This document shows positions 25,092 to 33,672 of a stretch of 36,874 bases of DNA, one piece after another. The notes beneath the pieces were generated by a model. It had not been told where the DNA came from and searched no databases. It saw nothing but the letters and a program-made list of their open reading frames with translations. A program made the position numbers and the translations under genes. Origin of the DNA: a virus (lineage: Duplodnaviria; Caudoviricetes); IMG/VR virus record IMGVR_UViG_3300014202_000777, positions 1 to 36,874 of that record. One strand, 5' to 3'. Numbering within the stretch: position 1 is the first letter of the stretch; every line of letters begins with the position of its first letter.

Positions 25092-26722
25092 CCATATTGA
25101 TTTTGGCCCTGTGCGGCTCCTTGTTCGCCCAGGTGACGAAAATTGACCCGGCGCGGCTTGTAAAGCCTGCTGGTACTGCCAATCGTATGCTCATTACGAA
25201 CGGATCGAGCGCGACGGCTTGGGGCCAGGCGAGTGATTTGCTGGTTGCCGGTATGGGGATCAGTATATCGGGAAATACGATTAGTAATACGGGGGTGACG
25301 GGGAGCGGGACGGCGGGGCGTGTTGCCGTATGGAATTCGTCCACCGCAATGGCTGGAAGCACGATTTATTGGGACGCAGTTAACATGCGTGTTGGGGTTA
25401 ACGTACCGTCTCCGGCCTATACGATTGATGTAGATGGAGCAATTCACAACGTCGGAGCAGCGTTCACGACCGACTACAACTCTTCTGGCTCGCCACCGGC
25501 TCAATGGGTGTTAAGAGGTCAGACAAACACGAACCAGCAGATGTTGTTAGGATATAACACAGCTGACAATTATGGCAGTGTACAGGTTATCTTTCAGGGT
25601 GTCGGTTTTTTCCCACTATGTTTACAGCCTTTGGCTGGAAACGTTGGTATCAATACTACGTCTCCCAGCCATGCTTTGGATGTTGCTGGTAATGCTCGAT
25701 TTAGAAATGCAATATATGACGCTACCAACTCTGCGGGAACACCAGGCTATGTTCTTGGAACCACCGGCTCGGTGGCACAATGGACTTCCCCTGCCAGTAT
25801 TGTAACCTCGGGCCTCGGCTTTGTACAAAACGGCAACTCCTTTGCAGCCACCGGCGTCCTCGGCACCAACGACGCCAACGGGCTGTCTATCGAAACCAAT
25901 AACATCGTCCGGGCGCATTTCGACAACAGTTTCCGCTTCCGGATTGTGCCCGTTGCTTCTGATCCAGCATCCCCCACAACTGGCGACACCTGGTTGAATG
26001 ATACCGACGATCGGGCCGTCCATCACTTTACTGGTAATACGCGCCGGGTGAAATATACCGATGATGATACAAAAGCAGCACTGTTGGTGTACAGGGAGGA
26101 TTTTATAAAAACGAATGCACTGCCAACTCTGTGGACTTACAACGGGGACGCTTCAACCTTATCCGTTACTGATTACAGGTTTGGTTATGGCTCATTTGCC
26201 GTCTCAACAAACCAGTTAGGAGGGAGCGCTAACGGTTTTGCTACGCTCAGCCAGGACGCTGATTTGCAGCCGACGACCAGCAATTTTACCTATACCATGT
26301 CTGCGTATGTCGATTTGGTTAATGTTCCAAACACCACCAATACTGGCGACATCTGGATTGGTATAGGTGGGGGTAACTTCAACAGTATCAGTGACCCTGA
26401 TGATTTTGTAGGATTTCGGGTAAACCCAAATGACGGTAGCAGCAGCAAGTATTCTTTTGTAATAAGGAAAAACGGCACCTCTACATCATCGAGCGGTGGC
26501 GGCATTGCAACGGGCCGACGTACGCTCAAAATAGTGTGGACAAATACCAGTGTCGCTTTCTATGAAGACGATGTACTTCTGCTGAACCAAACGACGATGA
26601 CGAACAGCCCGACCGGTGAAACTGGTATGGGCATGATGTTTAAGGCCAAATCGGCGGCGTCAGCAACGTATCCCATTGCTGCCGTGATCGCAAGCGCCAT
26701 TATGAAAATCGACAACCCATAA
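25076..26722 (+). CDS. Fibre-like protein 2 with signal peptide and C-terminal beta-sandwich head
   Basis: MRNTLTILILALCGSLFA-Q; N-terminal domain paralogous to 24089; GNVGINTTSPSHALDVAGN fibre repeats; lectin-like C-terminus. Confidence 0.8.
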   Translation: MRNTLTILILALCGSLFAQVTKIDPARLVKPAGTANRMLITNGSSATAWGQASDLLVAGMGISISGNTISNTGVTGSGTAGRVAVWNSSTAMAGSTIYWDAVNMRVGVNVPSPAYTIDVDGAIHNVGAAFTTDYNSSGSPPAQWVLRGQTNTNQQMLLGYNTADNYGSVQVIFQGVGFFPLCLQPLAGNVGINTTSPSHALDVAGNARFRNAIYDATNSAGTPGYVLGTTGSVAQWTSPASIVTSGLGFVQNGNSFAATGVLGTNDANGLSIETNNIVRAHFDNSFRFRIVPVASDPASPTTGDTWLNDTDDRAVHHFTGNTRRVKYTDDDTKAALLVYREDFIKTNALPTLWTYNGDASTLSVTDYRFGYGSFAVSTNQLGGSANGFATLSQDADLQPTTSNFTYTMSAYVDLVNVPNTTNTGDIWIGIGGGNFNSISDPDDFVGFRVNPNDGSSSKYSFVIRKNGTSTSSSGGGIATGRRTLKIVWTNTSVAFYEDDVLLLNQTTMTNSPTGETGMGMMFKAKSAASATYPIAAVIASAIMKIDNP

Positions 26723-26732
26723 AAGAATACAC

Positions 26733-27068
26733 ATGCGAAACACCATTCTGTTACTCATTTTACTGCTGGCCGGTGCCAGCGCCAGCGCTCAGGCGGTGGC
26801 TCGTTATGAGGTCGTGAAGACTCAGACGGATACTTCCTACATCGTTTCCATCGAGGAAAACGAATTTCTGAACGGCATCAAAACCCGGTATGAGGTTTGG
26901 ACGCCGGTGGTTGGTAAGCAGGCGCTGAAGGAACAACTTAGCATCTTACAGTTGGTGAAGGAAAGCGAACGAGCGAAACTGCTTACCCAGTCCATCGAAA
27001 CTGATTCGGTAGCCGCTAAGATCAAACGCATCAAAAAGGACGTGGATAAAAAGAGCGCTGGACAATGA
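26733..27068 (+). CDS. Small coiled-coil protein with signal peptide (partner 2)
   Basis: MRNTILLLILLLAGASASA-Q; beta region then a long helix. Confidence 0.72.
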   Translation: MRNTILLLILLLAGASASAQAVARYEVVKTQTDTSYIVSIEENEFLNGIKTRYEVWTPVVGKQALKEQLSILQLVKESERAKLLTQSIETDSVAAKIKRIKKDVDKKSAGQ

Positions 27069-27439
27069 TTTTGACTTTCAAAATAACGCTCATCCTAATC
27101 AGCCTGGCTGCGGCCTGCAACGCTTTCATGGATACACATGCTCACCACTGGGGATCATCTGTATTCACGCGCTGGGGCCGCTTCTGGCGGCAGGAGTCCT
27201 GGAGGAATAAATACCGGAATGACGACCCTATGCAGGGCCGCACCCGGTGGCCGGTGCAACTGACTGACGGCTGGCACCTGTGCAAAACGATTATGGTGTT
27301 TGCTGTTTGCGCGGCGGCGGTGTTTCCTCAGGCCAAAAGCCTGACCCAGTTCCTGATTATGTGGGCTGTGGCCGGCGGATGCTGGATTGTGTTTTTCAAT
27401 GTGTTTTATAACGATTTGCTCATCAAAAATAAAAAGTAA
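27065..27439 (+). CDS. Trp-rich membrane protein
   Basis: Three hydrophobic segments; SWRNKY and TDGWHLCK motifs; basic tail. Confidence 0.7.
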   Translation: MILTFKITLILISLAAACNAFMDTHAHHWGSSVFTRWGRFWRQESWRNKYRNDDPMQGRTRWPVQLTDGWHLCKTIMVFAVCAAAVFPQAKSLTQFLIMWAVAGGCWIVFFNVFYNDLLIKNKK

Positions 27440-27441
27440 CC

Positions 27442-27858
27442 ATGCAGCCACTTATCAACGGTACCGCATATTCCTGGTCACAAATCGTGGTCAATATTTT
27501 CAACACTCCCATCGCGGGCATCACTGCCATTTCCTACGAGGATATGCAGGAGATGGAGGATAACTACGGCGCTGGAAACAACCCGGTGTCGCGTGGTTAT
27601 GGCAAGTATGAGGCCAAGGCAAGCATGACGCTGGAAATGGCTGAGGTAGAGGCTTTGCAGGCCGCGACCACTGACGGGCGCTTACAAAGCATCCCTGAGT
27701 TCGATGTCGTGGTTTCATATCTGCCTGAGGGTGGTGTGATCCGGAATCATACGCTGCACAACTGCCGGTTCAAAAGCAACAAACGCGACACCAAAACCGG
27801 CGATATGGCTATTCCTGTGGAACTGGAAATGATTGTGTCGCATATCACCTGGAAATAA
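27442..27858 (+). CDS. Tail tube protein
   Basis: INGTAYSWSQI, ITAISYED, YGAGNNPVSRGYG, LHNCRF motifs. Confidence 0.88.
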   Translation: MQPLINGTAYSWSQIVVNIFNTPIAGITAISYEDMQEMEDNYGAGNNPVSRGYGKYEAKASMTLEMAEVEALQAATTDGRLQSIPEFDVVVSYLPEGGVIRNHTLHNCRFKSNKRDTKTGDMAIPVELEMIVSHITWK

Positions 27859-27916
27859 ACTAAAACCGTCTTAAAACCGGCATTTAAAGCCGTTTAAAGG
27901 CAAACCCGTTACTCTT

Positions 27917-28282
27917 ATGCAAGTTGATCCTAATTCGATTACCAATAATAAACCTCAACCAGGACAGGTACCTGCCCCACTTTATGACATTGAGAAACTG
28001 AAGCGTGAGCATGGCAGCCCGCTTTACCTGGTGGAGGTTGCGCCTGAAACCGAAGGCATGGAACCGTTGGTGTTCATCTTCAAGAAATGCGACCGGAAAA
28101 CGCTGAGCGCATGCGCGAAAATCGGTCAGGCTGACCTGACCGCTGCCAGCGAGGTGATGATTAAAAACACGCTCGTATTCGGCGACAACAAAGCCATCGA
28201 GGATGTGAGTGTCTTTACGGCGCTATCCGAAAAGATGGAGGTGATTAATGCAGCCCGGACGGCCACCTTAAAAAACTTATAG
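27917..28282 (+). CDS. Tail assembly chaperone (G)
   Basis: Between tube and tape measure; ends ...TLKNL over a slippery site. Confidence 0.8.
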   Translation: MQVDPNSITNNKPQPGQVPAPLYDIEKLKREHGSPLYLVEVAPETEGMEPLVFIFKKCDRKTLSACAKIGQADLTAASEVMIKNTLVFGDNKAIEDVSVFTALSEKMEVINAARTATLKNL

Positions 28283-28455
28283 GCCGCTCCGACGACTTTG
28301 ATGACTTAGAAAAAGGCAATGCCCTGATCCGGGTTTTTCACCGGGTCGATCCGGATCAATTGAGCGATGAGGACTGGGCGATGCGGAGCGGCGAAGCGAT
28401 TTTTGTAATGAAGACCCTGGCGGATATATTCCTGGGGAAAATGATGCCACCATAA
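28270..28455 (+). CDS. -1 frameshift extension of the tail chaperone (GT)
   Basis: A AAA AAC heptamer at 28270-28276; the -1 frame reads LIGRSDDFDDLEKGNALIRVFHRVDPDQLSDEDWA... to TAA 28453-28455. Confidence 0.8.
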   Translation, partial: KKLIGRSDDFDDLEKGNALIRVFHRVDPDQLSDEDWAMRSGEAIFVMKTLADIFLGKMMPP

Positions 28456-28478
28456 TTTCATATTTCAACTTTATAACG

Positions 28479-28826
28479 ATGTCACCAGAAGCAAAAGAAA
28501 CCATTGAACTGCTGGATGCAGTATTTGGACTGGCCGATGCCACACAGCGCAGCCTGCAAGATGACGGCAAGATCACCATTGGCGATGCCGGTAACTTTTT
28601 CAGCCCTGTACTGAAACTGCCTGCCGCTATCGGAGGCGCCCAGAACGTGCCGCGTGAATTGGCGCAACTTACCGATGAAGGACGCCAGGAGGTTCTCGAT
28701 TATTTTGCCCAGCGATTCGACTTGAAGGACGACGAACTGGAGCAGCACATCGAGGATGCACTGAACACAGGCACTGCCTTTGTGATCAGCATCACCCGGC
28801 TGGCGAAACACAAACGAGCCGCCTGA
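28479..28826 (+). CDS. Hypothetical helical protein
   Basis: Good ATG context; DDGKITIGD motif; function not recognised. Confidence 0.65.
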   Translation: MSPEAKETIELLDAVFGLADATQRSLQDDGKITIGDAGNFFSPVLKLPAAIGGAQNVPRELAQLTDEGRQEVLDYFAQRFDLKDDELEQHIEDALNTGTAFVISITRLAKHKRAA

Positions 28827-28902
28827 TCGAGAAATTGAGGAAACGAGTGACGGGCCGCCCGCGCCAGGCTTCGGCAGGGTGCGGGCTTTTAAATAAATAG
28901 AG

Positions 28903-30939
28903 ATGGCATATACTTTCCGATTCAATGTTATTGAAAACATCACCAGGACGAGTGCTGGTATCAGTGCCTCGTTTATGCGTATGAATAGCCATGCCCGTTT
29001 GTTCGGTCGTGGCATTGATACATCGGCAAAGGCGATGGATAACCTGGAGAAGGAAAGCCGCCAGACTGATCGGGCTACGAGCCAGGTGTTCAACAACTCG
29101 AACGCCGCTCGTTTTGAGCAGTCTATCGGTCGGATGAACCGGGGTTTCTCATTTATGCGCAATACCATCGCTGCAATGGGTATTGGTGTGGTGGTGCGGG
29201 ATGTGGTCAGTTTTGGCGACCGCATGGTTAGCGCCAATGCCCTCACTGCGGGTATTACCAGGAATATTAAAAGCACAACAGAAGCACAGCGCCAAGCCCT
29301 GGCGCTGTCCAACCTGACCGGGGAGAGTTACCTGGTTTCATTTGAGGGGTTGAGCAAGATGCTTACTGTGGCTGATGGCAATGTGGATAAGGCTTCCCAA
29401 TTGACTAAAATAGGGGCCGCGCTGGCGGCGCTCAATCCTGCTGAAGGGTTTGAGGGTGCGTTGTTCGCACTCAAAGAACTGGAAGGCGCTGATACCATGT
29501 CGCTCCGGGAGCGATTCAATATCAAGGTGCCGACACAAGAGGAGGCTAAAAAGATCGCGGCAAAGGATGGCCGTACCGTTCAGCAGGTAATGTTTGACAG
29601 CCTCCAGCAATATCTTGATAATAACTACGGTGGCGGCAAAGCCGGTGCTGGTGTGGAATATTTGCTGAACATACGAGCAAATACCATCAGTGGCCAAATG
29701 GGCCGTGTGGCCAATCAATTCAAAAACATTTTCACTCCGATGTTGCTGCCATTCCTGGAAAGGCTCCAGGTGTTCCTGAAGGGCACGGCAGTATGGGTTT
29801 CGGAGAACGCAAATAACATCAAGAACTGGGCTATTGGCCTGGGGCAAATAGCAGTGCGCGGCGCAGCGGTGTACGGGGTGTTCCTAAGCATCCGGACGCT
29901 TATGACGGTGTGGAGTACCCTGTCTTCCGGGTTGGCTTTGTTCAACGCCGGGTTGTTCCGATTCGGTTTTTATGCCGCCTGGGGTGTGGGGCAGATGCGG
30001 GCGCTGGTGCTGACCACCGGGCGCTGGGTATTGTCGGCGGTCATGGGCGCAGGGCAGGCTGTGCGATCTATGGGGCTTTACATCGCCAATCTGTTTATTG
30101 CCAGAGGTGTGCATAACAGGATGCTTTTGTCATTTGCCTGGGCGCGAATCGTAGCCGGTTTTGGCGCTATGGTGGCTGCTGTCCGGGCGTATTCCTTTGC
30201 CTTGGCCTGGGCCAATCTTCAAACCAGGTTGCTGGCCGGATGGGGTGCTGTAAGGGCTGCGGTGGTTTCATTTGCAGCTACTGCGATACCCTCCATCATC
30301 GCTTTTGCATCTTCATTGAACTTTGCCGCCATCGGACAATGGCTGCTTAATACAGCCATGCTGGCCAATCCTATCGGGTTGGTTATCGCCGGTGTTTTGG
30401 CATTGGCGGCTGTGTTTACAGGGTTATTCAAGTTGATAGACACCCTGTTTCCCGGATTCTTTGCCGGTGTAAAAGAGTGGTTTGGTAAGGCTTGGGACTG
30501 GATTTATAACATCTTCATTGCGCCTGTGGTGAAGTTTTTTAAGTGGCTGGCGGACTTGACTGGTATATCTGCGGCATTCGATATGACGGCTAATACTACT
30601 GCCGACGCTAAGTTGCAGGACGATGCTTCCGCAATGCAAATGGAAGCCGACAACAAAGCCTTGTTTGATAAATTGGGTTTGTCTGAAGGCAAAGGCAAGC
30701 AAAAGGGGTTTACCGGGGCGCTTGGAGCCGGTAGCAACCTGGGCATGACCGACAAACTAAACAGCATCAGCGGCGGTGGCCGGGAAGGGGTAAAGAACAT
30801 CAATATCAACATCCAAAAGCAAATTGAGAACCTGGTATTCCAGGAAACCAAAGGCGTGACGGATATTACATCAATGATTCGCCGTGTTGTAGAACAGGTA
30901 ATGCTCGATGCGGTAAATGAAGTAAACTACAGTAACTAA
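28903..30939 (+). CDS. Tail tape measure protein
   Basis: 678 aa, Ala/Gly-rich helical; WLLNTAMLANPIGLVI motif. Confidence 0.88.
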   Translation: MAYTFRFNVIENITRTSAGISASFMRMNSHARLFGRGIDTSAKAMDNLEKESRQTDRATSQVFNNSNAARFEQSIGRMNRGFSFMRNTIAAMGIGVVVRDVVSFGDRMVSANALTAGITRNIKSTTEAQRQALALSNLTGESYLVSFEGLSKMLTVADGNVDKASQLTKIGAALAALNPAEGFEGALFALKELEGADTMSLRERFNIKVPTQEEAKKIAAKDGRTVQQVMFDSLQQYLDNNYGGGKAGAGVEYLLNIRANTISGQMGRVANQFKNIFTPMLLPFLERLQVFLKGTAVWVSENANNIKNWAIGLGQIAVRGAAVYGVFLSIRTLMTVWSTLSSGLALFNAGLFRFGFYAAWGVGQMRALVLTTGRWVLSAVMGAGQAVRSMGLYIANLFIARGVHNRMLLSFAWARIVAGFGAMVAAVRAYSFALAWANLQTRLLAGWGAVRAAVVSFAATAIPSIIAFASSLNFAAIGQWLLNTAMLANPIGLVIAGVLALAAVFTGLFKLIDTLFPGFFAGVKEWFGKAWDWIYNIFIAPVVKFFKWLADLTGISAAFDMTANTTADAKLQDDASAMQMEADNKALFDKLGLSEGKGKQKGFTGALGAGSNLGMTDKLNSISGGGREGVKNININIQKQIENLVFQETKGVTDITSMIRRVVEQVMLDAVNEVNYSN

Positions 30940-31358
30940 TGAGTGTGACACTTATCATTAAAGCGATCATCGCAGCCGGTTGGATATGGCTGTGGAACTT
31001 CATGATGCCTATCGGCCACTATATGGGGTTTACTATATTTTTAATACTGGTCGATTTCGGTACGGGCATTGCTGCGGCTCGCCATCGAGGCGAAGCGTTA
31101 CGGTCACGCGGGTTCGCCAGGTCGATCCTGAAGATCGGACTGTACTGTGGTACGATCATTATTAGTCATGGTATGGATACCGTATTCTTTGCGCCAAAGG
31201 GCCTGGGCTTCGGTCTGGTATGGATAGTGGCAGGGCTGATCGGGCTCAGTGAATTCAAGAGTAACCTGGAAAACGTAAGCACGGTTACCGGCCTGAATAT
31301 CTGGGCCGAAATAGCGGATCGTATTCCCGGCTTGCCGAAACTGCCTAAAAAAGACTAA
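30939..31358 (+). CDS. Holin (Phage_holin_4_1-like)
   Basis: LILVDFGTGIAAA..SRGFARS..K..Y..EFKSNLEN; several TM helices. Confidence 0.85.
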   Translation: MSVTLIIKAIIAAGWIWLWNFMMPIGHYMGFTIFLILVDFGTGIAAARHRGEALRSRGFARSILKIGLYCGTIIISHGMDTVFFAPKGLGFGLVWIVAGLIGLSEFKSNLENVSTVTGLNIWAEIADRIPGLPKLPKKD

Positions 31359-31978
31359 TGCCATCTTTCGAACTGGTCATAGGAACATTGGGCCTGCAAG
31401 GGCTGAAACCTGTAGTGTACAGGCGGGCGCTGGAGCCTCAGCGAAAGGCTGGGGCTGCCAATGATTACCCTGTGCAGGAGATAAACCCGGTAGGTGACAT
31501 CAACGGGACCAGTGTCGAAGAAACCCGTAAATCGTACTTGGGAACGCCGGTGTTTTCCGACCTGAATTTTCCAGGGGAAGAGGAGGGAGACGATGTTGTG
31601 CTGGAGACGGTTTTGATCGACGTAAGCCAGCGGAAAAACATCGTGACTACTCCAGTGGCCGGTCGGAACGGGACCGTAAAAGAGTATATCAGCGATGGGG
31701 ACTACGAGGTAAGGATTCGTGGCGCACTGGTTAATCCGGGTACGGCTGCTTATCCGTATGACCAGGTGCGGGCACTTGGTGACCGGCTGCGTCAACCGGA
31801 AGCGCTGGATGTGATATGTGATTACCTGCGGTTTTTTGACATCTACAAACTCGTGGTTACCGACTTTAATTTTCCACAAAACGAGGGCTTTCAGAACGTA
31901 CAGGCTTTTGAAATAACCTGCATCAGTGACTTGCCTGAAGAACTTATAGAGGAAGAAAATGCTACGCCTGACCAGTGA
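31358..31978 (+). CDS. Tail tube initiator-like protein (DUF6046-like)
   Basis: KNIVTTPVAGRNGTVKEYISDGDY motif. Confidence 0.8.
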   Translation: MPSFELVIGTLGLQGLKPVVYRRALEPQRKAGAANDYPVQEINPVGDINGTSVEETRKSYLGTPVFSDLNFPGEEEGDDVVLETVLIDVSQRKNIVTTPVAGRNGTVKEYISDGDYEVRIRGALVNPGTAAYPYDQVRALGDRLRQPEALDVICDYLRFFDIYKLVVTDFNFPQNEGFQNVQAFEITCISDLPEELIEEENATPDQ

Positions 31979-32906
31979 GATAACGATAGGTACATACCGG
32001 TTTACATCGGTCAACCAGGTTGAAATAGATTCTTCCTGGGATAACCTGACAGATACCTGTACGTTGACGTTCCCGCGACAAATATCTTGGGAGGGCAGGA
32101 GCCTTGCCAGCGGCGCTGATCCGCTGCTAAAACGGAAAATGCCGGTAACTGTGAAGTTGGGTTATGACGGGAAAAATACGGAGGTGTTTCGGGGTTACGT
32201 GCGGGATATATCGGCAGAGATACCGGTAAAAGTAGTTTGTGAAGATGGGATGTACCTGCTCAAGCAAGGACAGTTTACCAAGTCTTACCGCTCAGTTGAT
32301 ACGAAAACGATTGTCGGGGATATGGGGTTAAGCGTTCCTTTCGAAGTGGTGGCCAATGCGACTTTGGGGCAGTTTCGGATAAGTAAATCAACACCGGCTA
32401 AAGTGCTGGAATACCTGCGGGAGCATTACTTTGTAAAGTCGTTTTTCCGGGAAGGAAAGTTATATGTGGGACTGGCTTACGTGGCCGCGTTACAGCGTCG
32501 CAGGAAGATCAGGTTTGACCGGAACGTCATAGATCACACCCTGGAATACCGCGAAAAGGATGATGTTCAGTTGTATTTGAAGGCTGTTATAATGATGCCG
32601 GATAATACCAAGGTTGAAGTGTTTGAAGGTGAGGAGGGCGGTGAACAGCGCACGTTCCATTATTATAATATGACCAAAGCGGACGCTTCAAAATTGCTGA
32701 AGCAAGAGGCTGAGCGGCTGAAATACACCGGGTATCGTGGCAGTTTTAATACGTTCGGATCGCCGGATATTCGACACGGCGACCTGGTTGAAATGGAAGA
32801 CCCAAACTACCCTGAGCGTGACGGGACTTACCTTGTAAAAAGGGTAAAGATCACGTTTGGAATGAGCGGATACAGGCAAGAAGTTGAACTCGAAACCAAA
32901 CTATGA
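31959..32906 (+). CDS. Baseplate hub (gpD/Mu gp44-like)
   Basis: SWDNLTDTCTL, VKLGYDG, CEDGMYLLK, GYRGSFNTFG, GYRQEVEL. Confidence 0.85.
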   Translation: MLRLTSEITIGTYRFTSVNQVEIDSSWDNLTDTCTLTFPRQISWEGRSLASGADPLLKRKMPVTVKLGYDGKNTEVFRGYVRDISAEIPVKVVCEDGMYLLKQGQFTKSYRSVDTKTIVGDMGLSVPFEVVANATLGQFRISKSTPAKVLEYLREHYFVKSFFREGKLYVGLAYVAALQRRRKIRFDRNVIDHTLEYREKDDVQLYLKAVIMMPDNTKVEVFEGEEGGEQRTFHYYNMTKADASKLLKQEAERLKYTGYRGSFNTFGSPDIRHGDLVEMEDPNYPERDGTYLVKRVKITFGMSGYRQEVELETKL

Positions 32907-33433
32907 GCATCGGTGAAAACATACGCAAATTAAGCCAGACGGCTGACGAGGTCTATTCGCTGGTGGCCAAGGTCACAGAGGTGGATGAGGCTGCGCGTGT
33001 GTGCTCCGTGGAGCCGCTGAACGGCGATGCTGCTATTTTTGATGTAAGACTACAGGCGCAGGAAAGCGGCGCTGACGGGGTTGTTTTGATACCGGCTGTG
33101 GATAGTTGGGTGGTGGTTACGTTTCTTTCAAAAGAGACGGCCTACGTGGCGAAATGCAGTACGGTTGATAAGGTGATCTGGACGGTGGATGCGCAGAATG
33201 TCGAGTTCACGAAGGACGGTTTTAGCCTGAAAAGTGAGCAGGCGAATTTTGCCGACCAGGTAGCCAAAATGCTGGACACCCTGGACGCTTTAATCCAGAC
33301 GCTAACTGAGTTCCAGTTGGCAACAAACATGGGGCCGACCATTGCGGTAATGCCCCAGATCATTACGAAACTGACGCAACACAAGGCGGATTTTAACCAG
33401 GTCAAAACCGATCTTAAAACGATGCTTTACTGA
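32903..33433 (+). CDS. Baseplate central spike (gpV/Mu gp45-like)
   Basis: OB-fold-like AKVTEVD..DVRLQA..IPAVDSWVVV; follows the hub. Confidence 0.75.
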   Translation: MSIGENIRKLSQTADEVYSLVAKVTEVDEAARVCSVEPLNGDAAIFDVRLQAQESGADGVVLIPAVDSWVVVTFLSKETAYVAKCSTVDKVIWTVDAQNVEFTKDGFSLKSEQANFADQVAKMLDTLDALIQTLTEFQLATNMGPTIAVMPQIITKLTQHKADFNQVKTDLKTMLY

Positions 33434-33434
33434 T

Positions 33435-33665
33435 ATGCCACTCGTACCTCAAACATTGGAAGCGGCCATACTGGCGGCTTTAGATAAACAGGCTGCAAAG
33501 CAGGGTGAAGGCGATGACCCGGCAGTATCGCGCAAAGAAATGGCTGCTGATATAGCTGCTGCAATTTATAGTTTCATTACATCAGGCACGGTAACCGTGA
33601 CTGTTACCGGCACCAGTGCAACAGGCGGGCCGGTAACAGGCACGGGCACCGGAGCCGTAACATAG
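33435..33665 (+). CDS. Small spike-associated protein
   Basis: Helical N-half plus GPVTGTGTG tail; follows the spike. Confidence 0.6.
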   Translation: MPLVPQTLEAAILAALDKQAAKQGEGDDPAVSRKEMAADIAAAIYSFITSGTVTVTVTGTSATGGPVTGTGTGAVT

Positions 33666-33672
33666 AACCACC

